NCBI GenBank assembly: GCA_030265395.1
Contig: JARFYF010000052.1
Location: forward strand, 81,589,940 to 81,653,939
Reading direction: 5' to 3'
DNA: 64,000 bases
Source of the DNA: Rhina ancylostomus
Taxonomy: Eukaryota
Below the pieces are notes generated by a model. The model made no database searches. It had not been told where the DNA came from and worked only from the letters and a program-made list of their open reading frames with translations. Below are positions 1 through 13,460 of this stretch, one piece after another. A program made the position numbers and the translations under genes. How positions within the stretch are numbered: the stretch's first letter is position 1; every line of letters starts with the position of its first letter.

Positions 1-226
1 ATTAAGGCATGTTACCTTGTTTTTCTTAGGTACCGGGATGATAGTGGTCTTCTTAAAACAGGTGGGACCATCAGATTGAAGCAGGGAGAGGTTAAGAATG
101 TCTGCATATACCCCCACCAGCTGATCAGCACAGCATCTGAGGACATGGCCAGGGACACCATCCAAGCCAGAAGCTTTCCTCGGGTTCACTCTCTGGAAGT
201 CTTATCTTACGTCCTCAATAGTGACC
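1..226 (-). mobile_element. Rex1/Babar-type non-LTR retrotransposon, RT N-terminal fragment (runs off window edge)
   Basis: Minus-strand translation VTIEDVR*DFQRVNPRKASGLDGVPGHVLRCCADQLVGVYADILNLSLLQSDGPTCFKKTTIIPVPKKNKVTCLN matches the RT domain 0/1 pattern (KAxGPDG...IIPVPK); one in-frame stop. Confidence 0.9.
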
Positions 227-3200
227 ATGGGTTCATTTGCATTGGAGGCAGTCAGTGGGCAACAACAAACCACATCTTACGCCAACCCACTCCACTTGGA
301 TATACCTTACATCATTCTCTCCACCTAACTGACTGGAATGAAGGTGTGGCCTCTACCAACAGATCTTATCTTTGACTTTGCCACTACCTCTTATTTTTAA
401 TGGCAGAATCTCAACCTGTTCCAATACAATCATCAAGTCTTTAAGATCCTTGTCACATGCCAGTCCCAAAGGTCTCAATAGTATTTGGGACCATGTGATC
501 ATCTCAAAAGTTGTGAGTTTTCTCCATGGTTATTCCCTTACTATCCAAAAGAAAGCTGGGTCTGCGATAGTGCAATGTCAGGGTTTATCTTATTCCGTTC
601 CTGTCACAGCTCCTGTACACGAGAAGATATCAAAATGGATAGCAGGCAAAATGTAGTGATTTTGCTTCCCTGATACTGATTTGTTGACAATACAAAACCA
701 ATTTCCTAACAAGCCAGTACAATACAATGCTTCAAGAACCTAACCTAATACTGGGAATCAAAGAATGTTCCCTCACAAGCATGCTGAAGACTTTGACTAG
801 CATCTTTTCAACAAACAAAATTCATAGGATAGAGAAACATTCCAAAGATGATAGGGGCAGTTCATACCAGTTTCTGCTTCATTAAAGCTTTGGGGATTCA
901 ACATGTCATAGCTGTGATTATTGTGGAATCAGGGTATAAAGATCACACAGAGCTTAACCCCCAGACTCCAGTTGCAAAAGAATGTGACGAGCTAAGGACA
1001 AAGGTTTTACAAAGAGTACCAAAAAGGAAACATATCACTGCCTTCACAACTAAAGGAATATTTTAGGGCAGTTTATTTTTGAAACTGTTTGGAACCAAGT
1101 TTGATTAAAAAAAACACTTGTTGAGACAAAACTGGGGAGCTTTAGTTTTTGGCAGGCGGGGGGAGCAGCTTTGGCTTTTAATTTGCATTGACAATTGAAA
1201 TAAAAGTTGAGAAAAATGACAAAGAGGCTGCAAATTCACTATTTCATATTTTATATTACTGAACAGAGTAAAAGTAACCCCCACAGTATGTTTTAGAAAA
1301 ACTTAATTTCATGACTTGGGCAGTGGTTTAACAAAAATGAATTACATTATCAAAAACTGCAATACACAATAAGCTAACTGTTTCCAGTCTACAATAATAA
1401 ACTGATTGGACAACAAATCATTTGGGAATCAGTTTGAGAACTGAAACAGGCACCTTAACAGCTGAAACAATGCTATTGCTCCATTTGAGGAGAAGGAGTT
1501 GGAGCCTATCAATGGTCAAGTTAATTGATTGTCACCTATACTTTTTCTGAAGTATTCTGATGAACAGTTAAGGAAATTTCTATTTTGCCAGAATCATCTT
1601 TAGACTTTCCACCATGTTATAGTTCTAATGCGTGCGGGGAGCTGTGAGATAACACCAGCAAGAACAGATCATCTCCATTTGCTTTTATAGACTTTAGAAG
1701 TCATCAAATAGGCCGCATTGGGAGGATAGATCTCAGAGCCAGCTAGCATGCTAGGTTTTGGATTTAAGCATTCCCCTTCACATTAAGCTTTCGTAAAACA
1801 GTAGCTAGTAATGTCAAGTAGCCTTGGCCATATCCTACATTTAATCCAATGCATTGTTTCATTAGGATTTGCATTGTTTCTCCAGTGTACCTTAATTGCT
1901 TTTGTTGTCTGCAGCCTTCTGATCTGTTCCAAGGTTCTGACTGCCCCAAGTGTTCTACATTTTCTTACCATTCGCAAACTACTTTAAGGAGGGTAATTTG
2001 GTCAAGGTAAATTTAACAATGGCACCCACTGCAGGAACATACCACTTCACAAACTAAATGTTAATAAGACACAAATGTGTTACTGTTATTCCTAAAGTGA
2101 TTAGTGCAAGATTGCAATGCTTAGCTCATTTATTGGAAGGTGTTGTTATGCTACTGTAACCAGAATGTAACGTGGAGAAGTGTGGCGCAAACATTTGATA
2201 CAAAACAGAAATGTGCCATGTATCTGCAGATTTCTTGAAATACTTGACATCTTTTGTAAATACATTTTGATTGTCACATTCCTTTAGAAATTTGTTAGCT
2301 AAACTGGACAGTTTTAGTGACTGCTGATAAAATGCGCAGTAATGCCTACATTCAAGAGGGCTAGTCCCTGGCAACCATCAACAATCTTGCTATGTCTATG
2401 CACATGGGTAAAGGGGCCATTCTCGATTAGACAGGAGTGATGACATGACATAAATAAAATGTTAAAAGTAGCTCTAATTTACAATCTGTTACAATAATTA
2501 ATGATCCAGAAAACAAATGGAATGGACAATCCTAACAAGCCAATAAAAGATAAATACAGGAGAATTTCCCCTGATTAATGATCCACATTCCAATCCATAT
2601 GTTCGCTGTTCAAGGAAATTCATGGCTTTGACCTTTATGTTTGACCAGGCTGAATTCCTTGTACTTCTTAAAAATCTTGCCTCTTGAGATAGAGACTGAC
2701 ATTAGATGACAGATGTGTAGTAACAGCTCCCACACTAAAATGGTTGCTTCTTAAATGTTTTCACTCAAGCTGGATTTGAACTGCACAATTTGGACATCTG
2801 TAACAATGCAATATATCTCCCACCAATAGCATTTGGTATCAGATCATCACTTCTTCTTAACTTGCATCCAAGCCCATCTAGTACCAATACCAAAGTGGTA
2901 TACAAATACAAGCTTCAGCAGTCTAATGCATGATCAAATTATTTCTTAAAATAACTTTAGATTACAGCAGGGAACTGTACATAGAACCATCAAAATAAAC
3001 TTAAGGGGTTTGATTTTGAAAATTATCACCTCTCAGTAGGAACAATACCAAATGCTTTGACTTTCAGTTTTACGGTTTATTGTGACAAATTGACAGCGTC
3101 ACATGAGAGAACATTGTAGTCAAATACTGTGGGCAGAACGTGGAAGGAGATGAAAGAATGGCATTCTTGGGAAAGAAAAACATCCTCTATATTCAAATCT

Positions 3201-3599
3201 TTGATATATCCAGACTTGCAAATTGTAACTTAAAGGAACAGAAGCTTTAACGAATCATCTATTCTCCAATAAGTACTGCTCAATTGGGTGACAATGTAAT
3301 GACAAGAACAAAAGAAACATGTTATCATATATGCATTGATTACATACTCAATGATCAAAGGGAGGATGCTGAAGACACTAAGCCATCAAAATGTGGGGAA
3401 AAAACCTGCTTCCTAGAGCAATATAAAAATCTTTGAACATTCCTAATCTCCCAATGCTCAGGACACTGATATTTGGTTATAGGTGTTGTCTATGAGTGAT
3501 GATTATCTGATTTATTTTGGAGCATATTTATGCCAGCCATGAATTATAGGAAATCCACCAGGTACCTGAATGATTTTCTGCTTCAAGTCAGGCACTTAC

Positions 3600-3680
3600 C
3601 AAGACTGAATAGTTTCCTACAAGGCACAGCTGTGATGCAGCTATCAAGCCAACAATGTAAAAAAATGTTCATTTGTGCCC
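3600..3680 (-). other. Candidate spliced exon (81 nt)
   Basis: Acceptor ttgctctttctggacag and donor TTG|gtaagt. One open frame (MNIFLHCWLDSCITAVPCRKLFSL); no homology recognised. Confidence 0.25.
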
Positions 3681-4529
3681 CTGTCCAGAAAGAGCAAGTG
3701 AAATCTAGCATTGCTATTCACCTAACTACTAGCCTTGAGATAATGGAGATGGACAAAGATGCCAACAAGCAATACAGTTCATTAAGAGCCTGGTAACCAA
3801 TGCTATTTTTGGAGACTATAAGCATGACTCAAGCCCCAGTCCTCTGACTATATTTAGACAAGGACAAAAGATCTGAATATAAGAGAAAAGTGACAGTAAC
3901 AGTCCTCAACATTAAGTATGGCATCGTGACACATGATATTTGGCACCACTTATATCCAACAAGAAAAAGCCCAACATCATTTCTGCCTTGCCCTCTAAAG
4001 GCAAGACCACAGCAAATTGCACTTTAAAATCTTTTCTGCTTGCTCTCAATCGCAGATCATGTGTGTACACTGCATTTAATTTGCATGTTGCCATTAAGTC
4101 CACCTGGGCCAAAATATTTTCATAAAGACAAATATTGTTTGTCATTTGTGCTTAATCCCCATCAACAGGAAACTGGGACCTGTATGTAGGATTGTTCATC
4201 CATAGGGTATGTCAGAATGGCAAATTATACTCAGAGCCTATATATTATGTTATATCTAACTCCGACATGATTGGAGAGGACATAAATCAAGAAAATTCTC
4301 CAGTGGAAGAAAGAACAAGTATATTAATGGGACCTTGAAATGTCCTGCCAATCCTTGTTGCAACCTACTCCACCTCACACAGTTATTTAATTATCTCTGA
4401 AGTACAACTACTTACAAAGGTGACTATTGACAGCTTACTTCATATAGTAAGGCCTGATCCACTGCATGCAAGTACATTTATTTTTCTTAATGATTACAGA
4501 TGGATAAAGATTGACTAGAAAAGAATATC

Positions 4530-5172
4530 TGGGAAGGGTATGTTGTCTCTGAATTTTTTTTGAGGAAGTCACAAGCACTGTGTACAGTGAATGTCTCTGC
4601 CAATGTGAATTACCCCTAAGTTCCCCAAGTTAGTTAATGAAGGTGTAAAGACATGGGAGTAACTTTAAAGTGTAAATCAGTAATTGGTTGTGGGGTTGGC
4701 CAGATGAAAGGGTTGTTCTGGAGTTGGAAGAATGTGACAAGTGGTGTTCCCCAAGGATTTGCACTACAGCTTCATCTTTTCATCATGTGACAATGATTAT
4801 GTCGAAGGAATAATGAAAGATATTCCCAGATTCATTGTTGATACTAAGGTTATACAATTAGGCACTGTAGGTGAGAGCAGGAAATTGTAAAAAGACATAG
4901 ATAGAGGTAGGTACTGTGAATGGACAGAACTTCAACAGATTGTGCTCAAGGTGAAGACACATGAAGTCAACTAGTTTGGATCAACAAAGACAATGAGTAT
5001 TTTCTTAATCCTGGGCTCAGGTTAAAGTAATCAAAAAAGTTTACAAAGTGGCCAATATTTCAAGAGGTTGACATATAAAAGTAAGATTTGCTTCAGTTGG
5101 CATTAAACCTCAGGAAAGCCATATTGGCAGAATAGGCGAAGGAGGCTGAATGGCTTTCTCCTGTTTCCATGA
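4530..5172 (+). mobile_element. Decayed CR1 LINE, RT region to 3' tail
   Basis: gtgacaagtggtgttccccaagga encodes VTSGVPQG. Ends in a CR1-type tail (ggctgaatggctttctcctgtttccatg). Confidence 0.75.
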
Positions 5173-8100
5173 TTGAAAATATCGAATTTCCTTCACGATC
5201 TTCTGAATATATTTTTAACTCTTAATTTAGTAAAACCCAACATATGCACCAACTATATAACTGTGAACAACTTGAATACAGAGTGGATCATTAATGGCTC
5301 TTTTGCAATTCCTGCAGCATACTGCATGGCAAACACAGTTATTGGCAGAGGAAGCAGCAACTTTATTTATACAGGTACAGGCAAAAATGTCAGAGCAAAA
5401 AGTGCCCTTCAGATTTTTGCCAAAACAAAGAAGCACTAAGGACATTAATCAATGGATGCAGATTGATGGAATGATAATAGATTCCTGAAGCTAGACAGGT
5501 CTGCAGCATAGCTTTCATAGTTCACATGCCTCAACCTCCAACACAGTAATAAAGTGCACTTTGAATCTTGGCTAAAGGGCTAAAGTGACAAAAATAAAGA
5601 TACTAGTTAGTGTGGAATTGAAATGGAATGCAGAAATGAAAAGACTGAAATTATTGCCTTAATTCTTAACCATTTAATAGTCCTACTTTATCTCTTGTAA
5701 TAACTCTCCTTTGTCACTGAGTCCTGCCTCACCAAATATCTCAGTGTACTTTTATTTAGTTTTATAGCGGTATTTATATATTTTTACAACTGAAGCCAAC
5801 TCATTTTATTTGTAACTTCTGTAAAGATCATCCTTTAGATTGGAGTAACTAAGAAAAGGAGCCTAACTTGATGTTGGAAACGGTTTTGTCCAACCAACAC
5901 AGTAATTCTATAAATAGTGGCATATTTCTCCTGGGGAAAAAAGGGACAGAAAAAAAACAACTTTACAAGTACCAAGCCATGTTCAGTCCTGAAAGTGAGC
6001 TAGAGGAGGTGGAAGGATGGGGGAACCACTCAGCAAGAATCCTGGGAAATGGCTCCCAATTTACAGTGTTAAGGAACAACAATGCCCGAAAGCATGTTCC
6101 CATACACCCTGGTGCAGGTGGCCAGCTGGAATGATGGGTGTGATAGCAGCAGAAGCAAATATATCATTGCCTCAAGTTTGCAAACTAAGAAAACAATGAA
6201 GTCTGGCTTCAAGGTGGGCTTCACTTCCAAGGAAGCCAGGAAGATGGGGGTGGGAGTACCTCAGCTGATGCTATATCAGGGTCTGATCCTATCTTCTGAA
6301 ATATACAAGGCCTTGAGGCAATGTGCCCTAATAGTTTTACCATAGAAGCTCCAACTTGAGGCTGGGCCTCAGCCGAGTTTGCAGCCATTCTGGTGCACTC
6401 TTGCTTGTGTCTATTGCATAATGTGCAGAAATTAGATTGAATTTCAGAGCTTTTAATAATATAAACATTGACATCATGAATGTCCTATCACTGTAATAAC
6501 AGAGACATAATCAGGAGGGGAGTGCAAAAAGAAGGAAGCTCTCAATTATTTTGAATCATTTCTTTTATAGTCCACCTCTATCATCAACCTGATTTTAAAG
6601 GTTTCCCTGCTAAACTTAAATGAATGGAGAAGTGTATACCCCTGGGAATGATCCTTGGTTATACCACAACTTTGCACACTAATAAATCAATACATTGTAA
6701 CTTCCCTAGTTTCACCACAGACTAACCCCGACCCCCACTTTTTGTATCTTCATGTCATATACTATTCCAGAAATGGTACCTGTATGAGGAGAGGAGGAAA
6801 CAATTTTTCGCTAGGTCTTCTAAGAGTAATGTTAGTGGACTCACTTACTGACATTAGTATTTTAACAGGGAAATATGTGTTATGAGGGAAGTTGCAAAGG
6901 AAATCACAAAGGAATTCAAAGCTGATTCTATGGTCCATAAGTGCTCTGGTTTGCCTAGCTTACATAGTCTAGCTTGGTCGTAAGAAACTCTTAACCATTT
7001 TATTACAGTGTTTACCAAAAAAACTGATTGAATATTATCTAAAACCAAGTTAGTTAAACTTAAATTACATCTGTAATTTTTTTAATCCTTTTGTACAAAA
7101 GTCTTGATTATCTTCACACACAGAAAATACTATTTCCCACACATTTACTTCACTCACTTTCTGGAGTATTTTATTAAGATTGTTGGATTCAGCAATTCAG
7201 AATTTTAGCTCTTTATGACTGACATATATCCTTTTTAATCTATGCACAGCCTGTAATTGCAGGCTGATTTTTTTTTTACATACCAAGTAACACAAGTAGT
7301 CTGATCTTCCTGCACTATTTAGTCTTTCCAAGAAATGCAAGTTTTACAAGAGTTAAAGCAGACAATAGAAACAAATAACTAAAAGGACACACATCATCAG
7401 ACTTACAGCCTGCTTTCCTTCAGCTAAAGCCAGTTTCCTTGCACCAAGCCACAATCTCCTCTACAACTGCTTTTCTTTCAGTTGCAGGCTGACTCTTCCC
7501 TGCAGGCAGCATGTATCAGAGGCACTAAAAGCTGGAGTGGAGGAAGGAGAACTGTGAGCTCAGCCTTGCCCTTGTCTGGGCATGCGTCCCTGTCAAAACA
7601 AACAGGACGCACAGAATTGCGGAGAGGCTGCATTCCACAGCATTGTTAAGGTTGAATATATTAGAAACAGAAAATTGCCAGAGAAAAAGATTCAAGTTCA
7701 AAGGTCAGGTATTGAAGTGCATTGTTGAGCAGCCATTGTTTGATGGGCAGCAACTGGTCAAACAGGAGACTGTGATTATGCATTCAGTGAGTGAAAAAAA
7801 ATTAATCAAAATGATTACACCACGGAAAAGAGAATCAGGAGAGATGACACTCCCTCACTATATGAAACAGGAGGTATTTTCACCAAATAAAAGAGGATTC
7901 TTATAGAAATGTGGTGGTGCAGAGTCTTGTGAGAACCAATGTATAGGATGAGAATTCTCACACAAATCCCCCTCCCCCACTTGCTTCACCGAGTCCCCTT
8001 TTCCAGCACACTAAAAAAAGCAACGGTGGCCAGTGCTTAGTGCTAGTAGAGAGAAAGGTCATTACGAGTTTTCTGCTGGCCCCTTTCACACTGATCAGGG

Positions 8101-8564
8101 ACGACAACTAAAGAATGATTTTGTTTCTGAATCCCTATGCAACCTTATATCATCCCACATTTCCTCCTGTGTAGGTGCAAAACACTCTTCTGGTCTNNNN
8201 NNNNNNCAGCAGTTCCTTCACTCAAGGCTGCTGGTTCTCCATCTCTCTGTTCCACTTGATATTTGGATCACTGCACTCCAGCCGACACAATTTTCTCTGA
8301 GAGCGTTTCACCACACTAACTCCCATCAGTGCCTCTGGAAACTCACCCGTAAGTAGATTCCTTCACTTCCTACCCGGTGTGGACCTTTCTCAAAGTGCCA
8401 AGACTAGAGTACTACAAGTCAATAATTTGCAGTTGGATGTGCATCTTCTCTGAGCTCACGGAAACTCAGGTTGGATTTCTGCAGCTCCATTTGGCTCCAG
8501 GCTGCAGTACAATTTTGGTACAAATGTGAATGAAGGAGCTGAGGGGGAAGGGGGTGGGGTGGAG

Positions 8565-9075
8565 TGGTGAGAGTGAATGTCCCGATCAGTATTTGATGGA
8601 GTGCGCCATCAAGGAGCCTTAGTAAAGCTGAAGTCAATGGGGATCAAGGGAAAACTCTCCACTGACTAAAGGCATTTGTCACATAAAGGAAAAGTGGTTG
8701 TTGGGAGGTCAATCATTTTACCTCCCAGGACAATGCTGCAGGAATTCTTCAGCTAAGCGTCCTAGGACAGCTGTCTTCGGCTGTTTTATCAACAACCTAC
8801 CTTCTAGGATAACGTCAAAAGTGGGGATGTTTGCTGATTAATGCACAATGCTCGGTTCCTCAGGAAATGAAGCAGCCCCTGCCCAAGTGCAGCAAGTGCT
8901 AGACAGCAACAGGCTTGGGCTTAAGATGTCATTCTCAGCATCATCAAAAGCCCAGACAGCCTCATTCCCTTGACATTCACTGGCAACACCACCTTAAGGT
9001 CAGAAATGGGGATATTCACTGATGATTTCACAAAGTAACTGCTCAATAAGTGAAGCAGCCCATGCCAGCGCGCAG
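8565..9075 (+). mobile_element. Decayed CR1/L2-clade LINE RT fragment
   Basis: Encodes HQGALVKLKSMGIKGKTLH, FINNLPSRI and VGMFAD* (degenerate FADD motif). Confidence 0.75.
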
Positions 9076-9079
9076 CAAA

Positions 9080-9700
9080 NNNNNNNNNNNNNNNNNNNNN
9101 NNNNNNNNNNNNNNNNNNNNNNNNNNNNNNNNNNNNNNNNNNNNNNNNNNNNNNNNNNNNNNNNNNNNNNNNNNNNNNNNNNNNNNNNNNNNNNNNNNNN
9201 NNNNNNNNNNNNNNNNNNNNNNNNNNNNNNNNNNNNNNNNNNNNNNNNNNNNNNNNNNNNNNNNNNNNNNNNNNNNNNNNNNNNNNNNNNNNNNNNNNNN
9301 NNNNNNNNNNNNNNNNNNNNNNNNNNNNNNNNNNNNNNNNNNNNNNNNNNNNNNNNNNNNNNNNNNNNNNNNNNNNNNNNNNNNNNNNNNNNNNNNNNNN
9401 NNNNNNNNNNNNNNNNNNNNNNNNNNNNNNNNNNNNNNNNNNNNNNNNNNNNNNNNNNNNNNNNNNNNNNNNNNNNNNNNNNNNNNNNNNNNNNNNNNNN
9501 NNNNNNNNNNNNNNNNNNNNNNNNNNNNNNNNNNNNNNNNNNNNNNNNNNNNNNNNNNNNNNNNNNNNNNNNNNNNNNNNNNNNNNNNNNNNNNNNNNNN
9601 NNNNNNNNNNNNNNNNNNNNNNNNNNNNNNNNNNNNNNNNNNNNNNNNNNNNNNNNNNNNNNNNNNNNNNNNNNNNNNNNNNNNNNNNNNNNNNNNNNNN
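9080..9700. other. Assembly gap (largest in the window; others include 13596-13695, 28730-28829, 55486-55790)
   Basis: Runs of N. Confidence 1.
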
Positions 9701-10649
9701 ACTTCAACTCGTTGAACTGATGATACTAATTGAGTATCAAGTTACGTATGGATATTGCGGAAGGTAAGTTTGGTTTGGTGTCAATCCATGAAACGTTTAG
9801 AATGAGTTTTAAATAAGTTTATATTAAAACACCCAAATGTTTGAACTACTACAGCTAAGAACTACTACTGCAACTAATGACTGACAACATTAAACATTCA
9901 GAATGCATCTGATTTTAATCAACATATGTTTTACTCAGCCCCAAGAAATTAATCACTGAGCAATATTTCAAAGAATTGTGAGTCTACTTGAGTTGAAGAT
10001 AAATCTGCGATCACTAAAACTCTGTCTCAGTTGCATGTTGAAATAGATCTAAAACCTACTCTAATACAAGTCAACCCCATCGTTTTAGGTGAGGGGAGGC
10101 AAACTGATCAATCGTCAGCACTGACGTGTTGAGTGGAAACCCAATGTCACTCTCCAAGCCCTTCCAGCATGAGTAGGCATACTGACCTTTTGGCTCTGGA
10201 GGCCAGATCTCAACAAACTGCACAACTGGAAAGGCAGAAGCTTCTGGATGCACTATAATATGAGACTCTCCCCAGATAAAATATAAGACACACACGTCTA
10301 TAAAAAGCAGGTCAACAAACTTGACATCAAATCTTTGGTGTCCTTGCCAAAGAAAAAAATAGGTCATCCTCAAAGGTGCAAGGAAAAACATGTCAGAAGT
10401 ACGAGGGAGACAAGACCTTGGTTTTCTCCTAAAAAAAATCGATTGCAATGGACAAAAATGAGGTGGAAGGTAGAGGGGTTTCAAGGGAAATTTTTGGAGA
10501 CTCTGATTTATTACTCTAGTTTCCAATGATCTCATGTAAAAATTAGAGCTGTTCTCAAATCAAAAAGAAAATGGAAATTTAAAGCCATTCATTCCATTAG
10601 GAACTAAGGAGTGTTCTGAATAATCCTAATTCTTGCATTTCATCTTTTT

Positions 10650-11360
10650 ATGTTGAAGTATTTAAAGTGCTCAATTAGTTATTCATTGAAGATGTCTGTC
10701 TTCTTCACCTTTTCAGCCAGTGAGTGCCACATCCACACCACTATCTGGGTGAAGAAGTTTCTCCTCCTAGTTTTTGACCTCCCCTTAAGGAAAATAAGTC
10801 CTGCTCATCAGTCTACCTAAGCCTCGCCTGATTTTATTAACTTAATTAAATCCCCTCTCAGTCTCATCTGTTCCAAAGAAAACGTGCACAGCTGACCCAA
10901 TCTTTCATCATAGCTAAACTTCTCCAGTCCTGGCAACATCCTGATAAACCTGCTTTGTATCCTCTATAAGTGCTATGACTTCTTTCCTGTAATACGATCA
11001 CTAAAACTCTAGCTGTGGTCCAATCAGTGTGTATTACAGTTCCAGCATGTATTCTAGGCCTTGGCCAAGAAAGGATTATGTCCAACTTCTTAACTACCTT
11101 GTATAGCTATCCTACTACTTTAAGGGGGCTGTGGACACATGCTTCATGGCCACTGCATTCCTGCACACATCACGGATTTCCTAATCTTGTTTGCCCTTAG
11201 CAAATGCATTACCTCACAATTCTCCAGACTGATTTTCATTTGCCACTTTTCTGTCCACCTGATTGCATTCATTGATATCTTCTGGCAAACAACATTTTTT
11301 TCCTTCATCTTCAAGGTCAGTAATTTTATCACTTGGAAGCTTCTTAATCACAGCCCCTGT
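10650..11360 (-). mobile_element. CR1 LINE ORF2 C-terminal fragment
   Basis: ORF 11144-11332 contains W.EKWQMKISLENCEVMHL (CR1 WQMxFNxxKCxVMH motif). Typical CR1 antisense text ctccagtcctggcaacatcctgataaacct. Confidence 0.8.
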
Positions 11361-11820
11361 AATTTAGTCTACCAGATTGTGCTAAGTGATAAAATATTGT
11401 CAGATTTCACTAAATCCACAATTATAATTTTAAAAAGTCTGTGCAAACTTATCAGTAATTGTACTCTATCAGAAATAAGCATTTCAGTATCATGTTAAAA
11501 TCATTAGTGAATACTTATTTCTTAAGGATGTAATATAACCTAAAGAATACATCTTGCATATTATTGTACAATTAAAATATTGAAAATTCTTGTATTGAAC
11601 CAGCAGGTACAGTAAAACCCTGATAGTCCGCTATCCAACAATTCAGAAATCTCCATGGTTTGCCATCTGGCTCACCAAGTAATGTTTGCTGTGCTTTTTC
11701 ACTCCCCTGAGCCTCGGTTTCATTCTTAGTCTAATATATGTGGGCCCCAGTTCCCTTGTTCTCTCTTTTTTTTCCTCTCTTCCTCCCCCCCCCCACGTCT
11801 CCTTTCTCATTTCCTTTTCC

Positions 11821-11881
11821 CTGGAGCAGGCTCGATGGGCCGAATGGCCTACTTCTGCTCCCTTATCTTGTGATCTTGTGA
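11821..11881 (+). mobile_element. CR1 3' tail
   Basis: ggagcaggctcgatgggccgaatggcctacttctgctcc followed by (tcttgtga)2; homologous to the CR1 tail at 58678-58740. Confidence 0.75.
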
Positions 11882-12138
11882 AGACTATTGAATAGTTCCC
11901 CCAAGTACGATGAGATGGACTTTTGACCTCACAATCTACCTTGTTTGACCTTGCACCTTATTGTCTACCTGTAGTGCAATTCCCTGTAGCTGTGACACTT
12001 TACTCTGTATTCTGTTATTGTTTTACCCTGTACTACCTCAATACACTGTGTAATGAATTGATCTGTTGGAATGGAAGGCAAGACAAGTCTTTCACTGAAC
12101 CTCCATACAAGTGACAATAATAAACCAATTCCAACTCC
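11882..12138 (+). mobile_element. Rex1/Babar-type LINE 3' UTR
   Basis: Ends ttcactg...gtgacaataataaaccaattccaactcc, a recalled Rex1-type terminus. Confidence 0.65.
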
Positions 12139-12519
12139 ACGTCTGCAGCCTCCTGTCACCATCAGAGACTGGGTCTGACCCAGAGGAAAGCACCGGTTGC
12201 TTTGGCCCAGTGTCTACTTCCCATGTCAGCTAACGCTGGTGAGGCCACTGGTGACGGAACAGAGTTGCTTCTGTGTTGTGTTCCCAATCCCTCCAGGAGC
12301 TGCGCTCGGTGTGTTACAGACAACATTTTGAGTGCAGTCTAACCAGTGGGCTGGGACCCTCTAAACCATCACACCCTGACCTCATGCCTTTGTAACCCAC
12401 ATGGATGGGCAAACTCTCACAATCCATCCCTTCAGTGGCTGAAAACATCAGTGAATGGAACCTCGCAGCACCGGAGGACGTTCAGCCTATCGCCTGTGGT
12501 GCCTCTGAAGGAGCTCACC

Positions 12520-12790
12520 AATCACCCACTCCCCCAGGCATTCCAGTCCCCCTTCCCGCTCTCTGCAAAATCTGCTCCCACCACCCCTCCAGCCAGCACG
12601 CCCCAGATCACAGCCCCTCTCTGTGGAGAAATAATCCCCCTCCCCTCCGGTTCCACCCTCCTCCTCTCTGTTGCCCCTCTCCCCCCTCCAGCTACACCCT
12701 CCTCCCCTCCAGGTCCCCCTCTGCCTCCCCTCCAGTTCCCCTCTCTCTGCCCTCCGGTTGTACCCTCCTGCCCTCCTTCCTTCAGTCTGT
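12520..12790. repeat. C/T-rich low-complexity tract (G-quadruplex-prone on minus strand)
   Basis: Dense CCC/CCCC runs separated by short spacers. Confidence 0.75.
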
Positions 12791-13159
12791 GACTGTTACT
12801 GAGACATCCTTTCAATATCTCCCACAGGAGGGAAGGGGATGGAATTCCTGAAACATCAGAGTGCCCAGTTTGTGAAGCTCCATTTCACGATGACCTCACT
12901 GAAGGAAGGTCGGTCAGTGAAAGGCCCCAGTTCATCTTCTCTACACAATGAGGTTACAGTTTGCAAGCTGGAAATCTCCACTACTTACACTGGCTATTCG
13001 ATAATTACCCTCTTCTGCCATTATCGGCCTACAGAAAGAAGCAAAATAAATCATAGTTAATACACAGAGAAATTACTTTAACGTCACCACAAGATCAGGT
13101 GGAGGTTTAAAGCTGAGAAAAGAACCCCTCACATCCCCCTCAAATGTACAGTGAGAATT

Positions 13160-13460
13160 AACTGCATTGTTGTAGCGCCTTCTGCCACTTCAGGACATCC
13201 CAAGGATGTTTCAGCTAATGAAGGGTAGTCATCACTGTAGAGATGGGACGTGCAACACACTGCGCACCGCAAGATCCCACCAATGGCGATCAGTGAACTG
13301 ACCAGTGGTGTTGGTCAGCTTAAGTACTGGCCCAGACACCAGACCTTCCACCACCGAGGGAGGTCAGAGCTCAAGAGGAGATGAGCCCTGATAGGGTGCT
13401 CCCCCTCAGTCCTGCTCTCTGAGGCACTGCCCACACCCTGTGCCCAACCCAATGCACTGA
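13160..13460 (-). mobile_element. Deu-domain SINE (SacSINE1-like)
   Basis: tagcgccttc...caggacatcccaagg...tgcgcaccgcaagatcccac matches the recalled antisense SacSINE1 tail and body. Confidence 0.6.

Noticed and set aside
9000-9720. Long ORFs of 221-235 aa (and similar ones at 55.3-55.9 kb)
   Set aside because: They are open only because they read through N gaps.
9701-9770. Two hairpins flanking CUGAUGA, resembling a type-III hammerhead
   Set aside because: No GAAA after stem II (TCAAG instead) and the 5' side is lost in the gap.
10071-10535. 154-aa minus-strand ORF
   Set aside because: No recognisable domain or splice support; consistent with chance.
12346-12851. 148-aa proline-rich ORFs
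   Set aside because: Product of a C-rich low-complexity tract; open in several frames with no domain.
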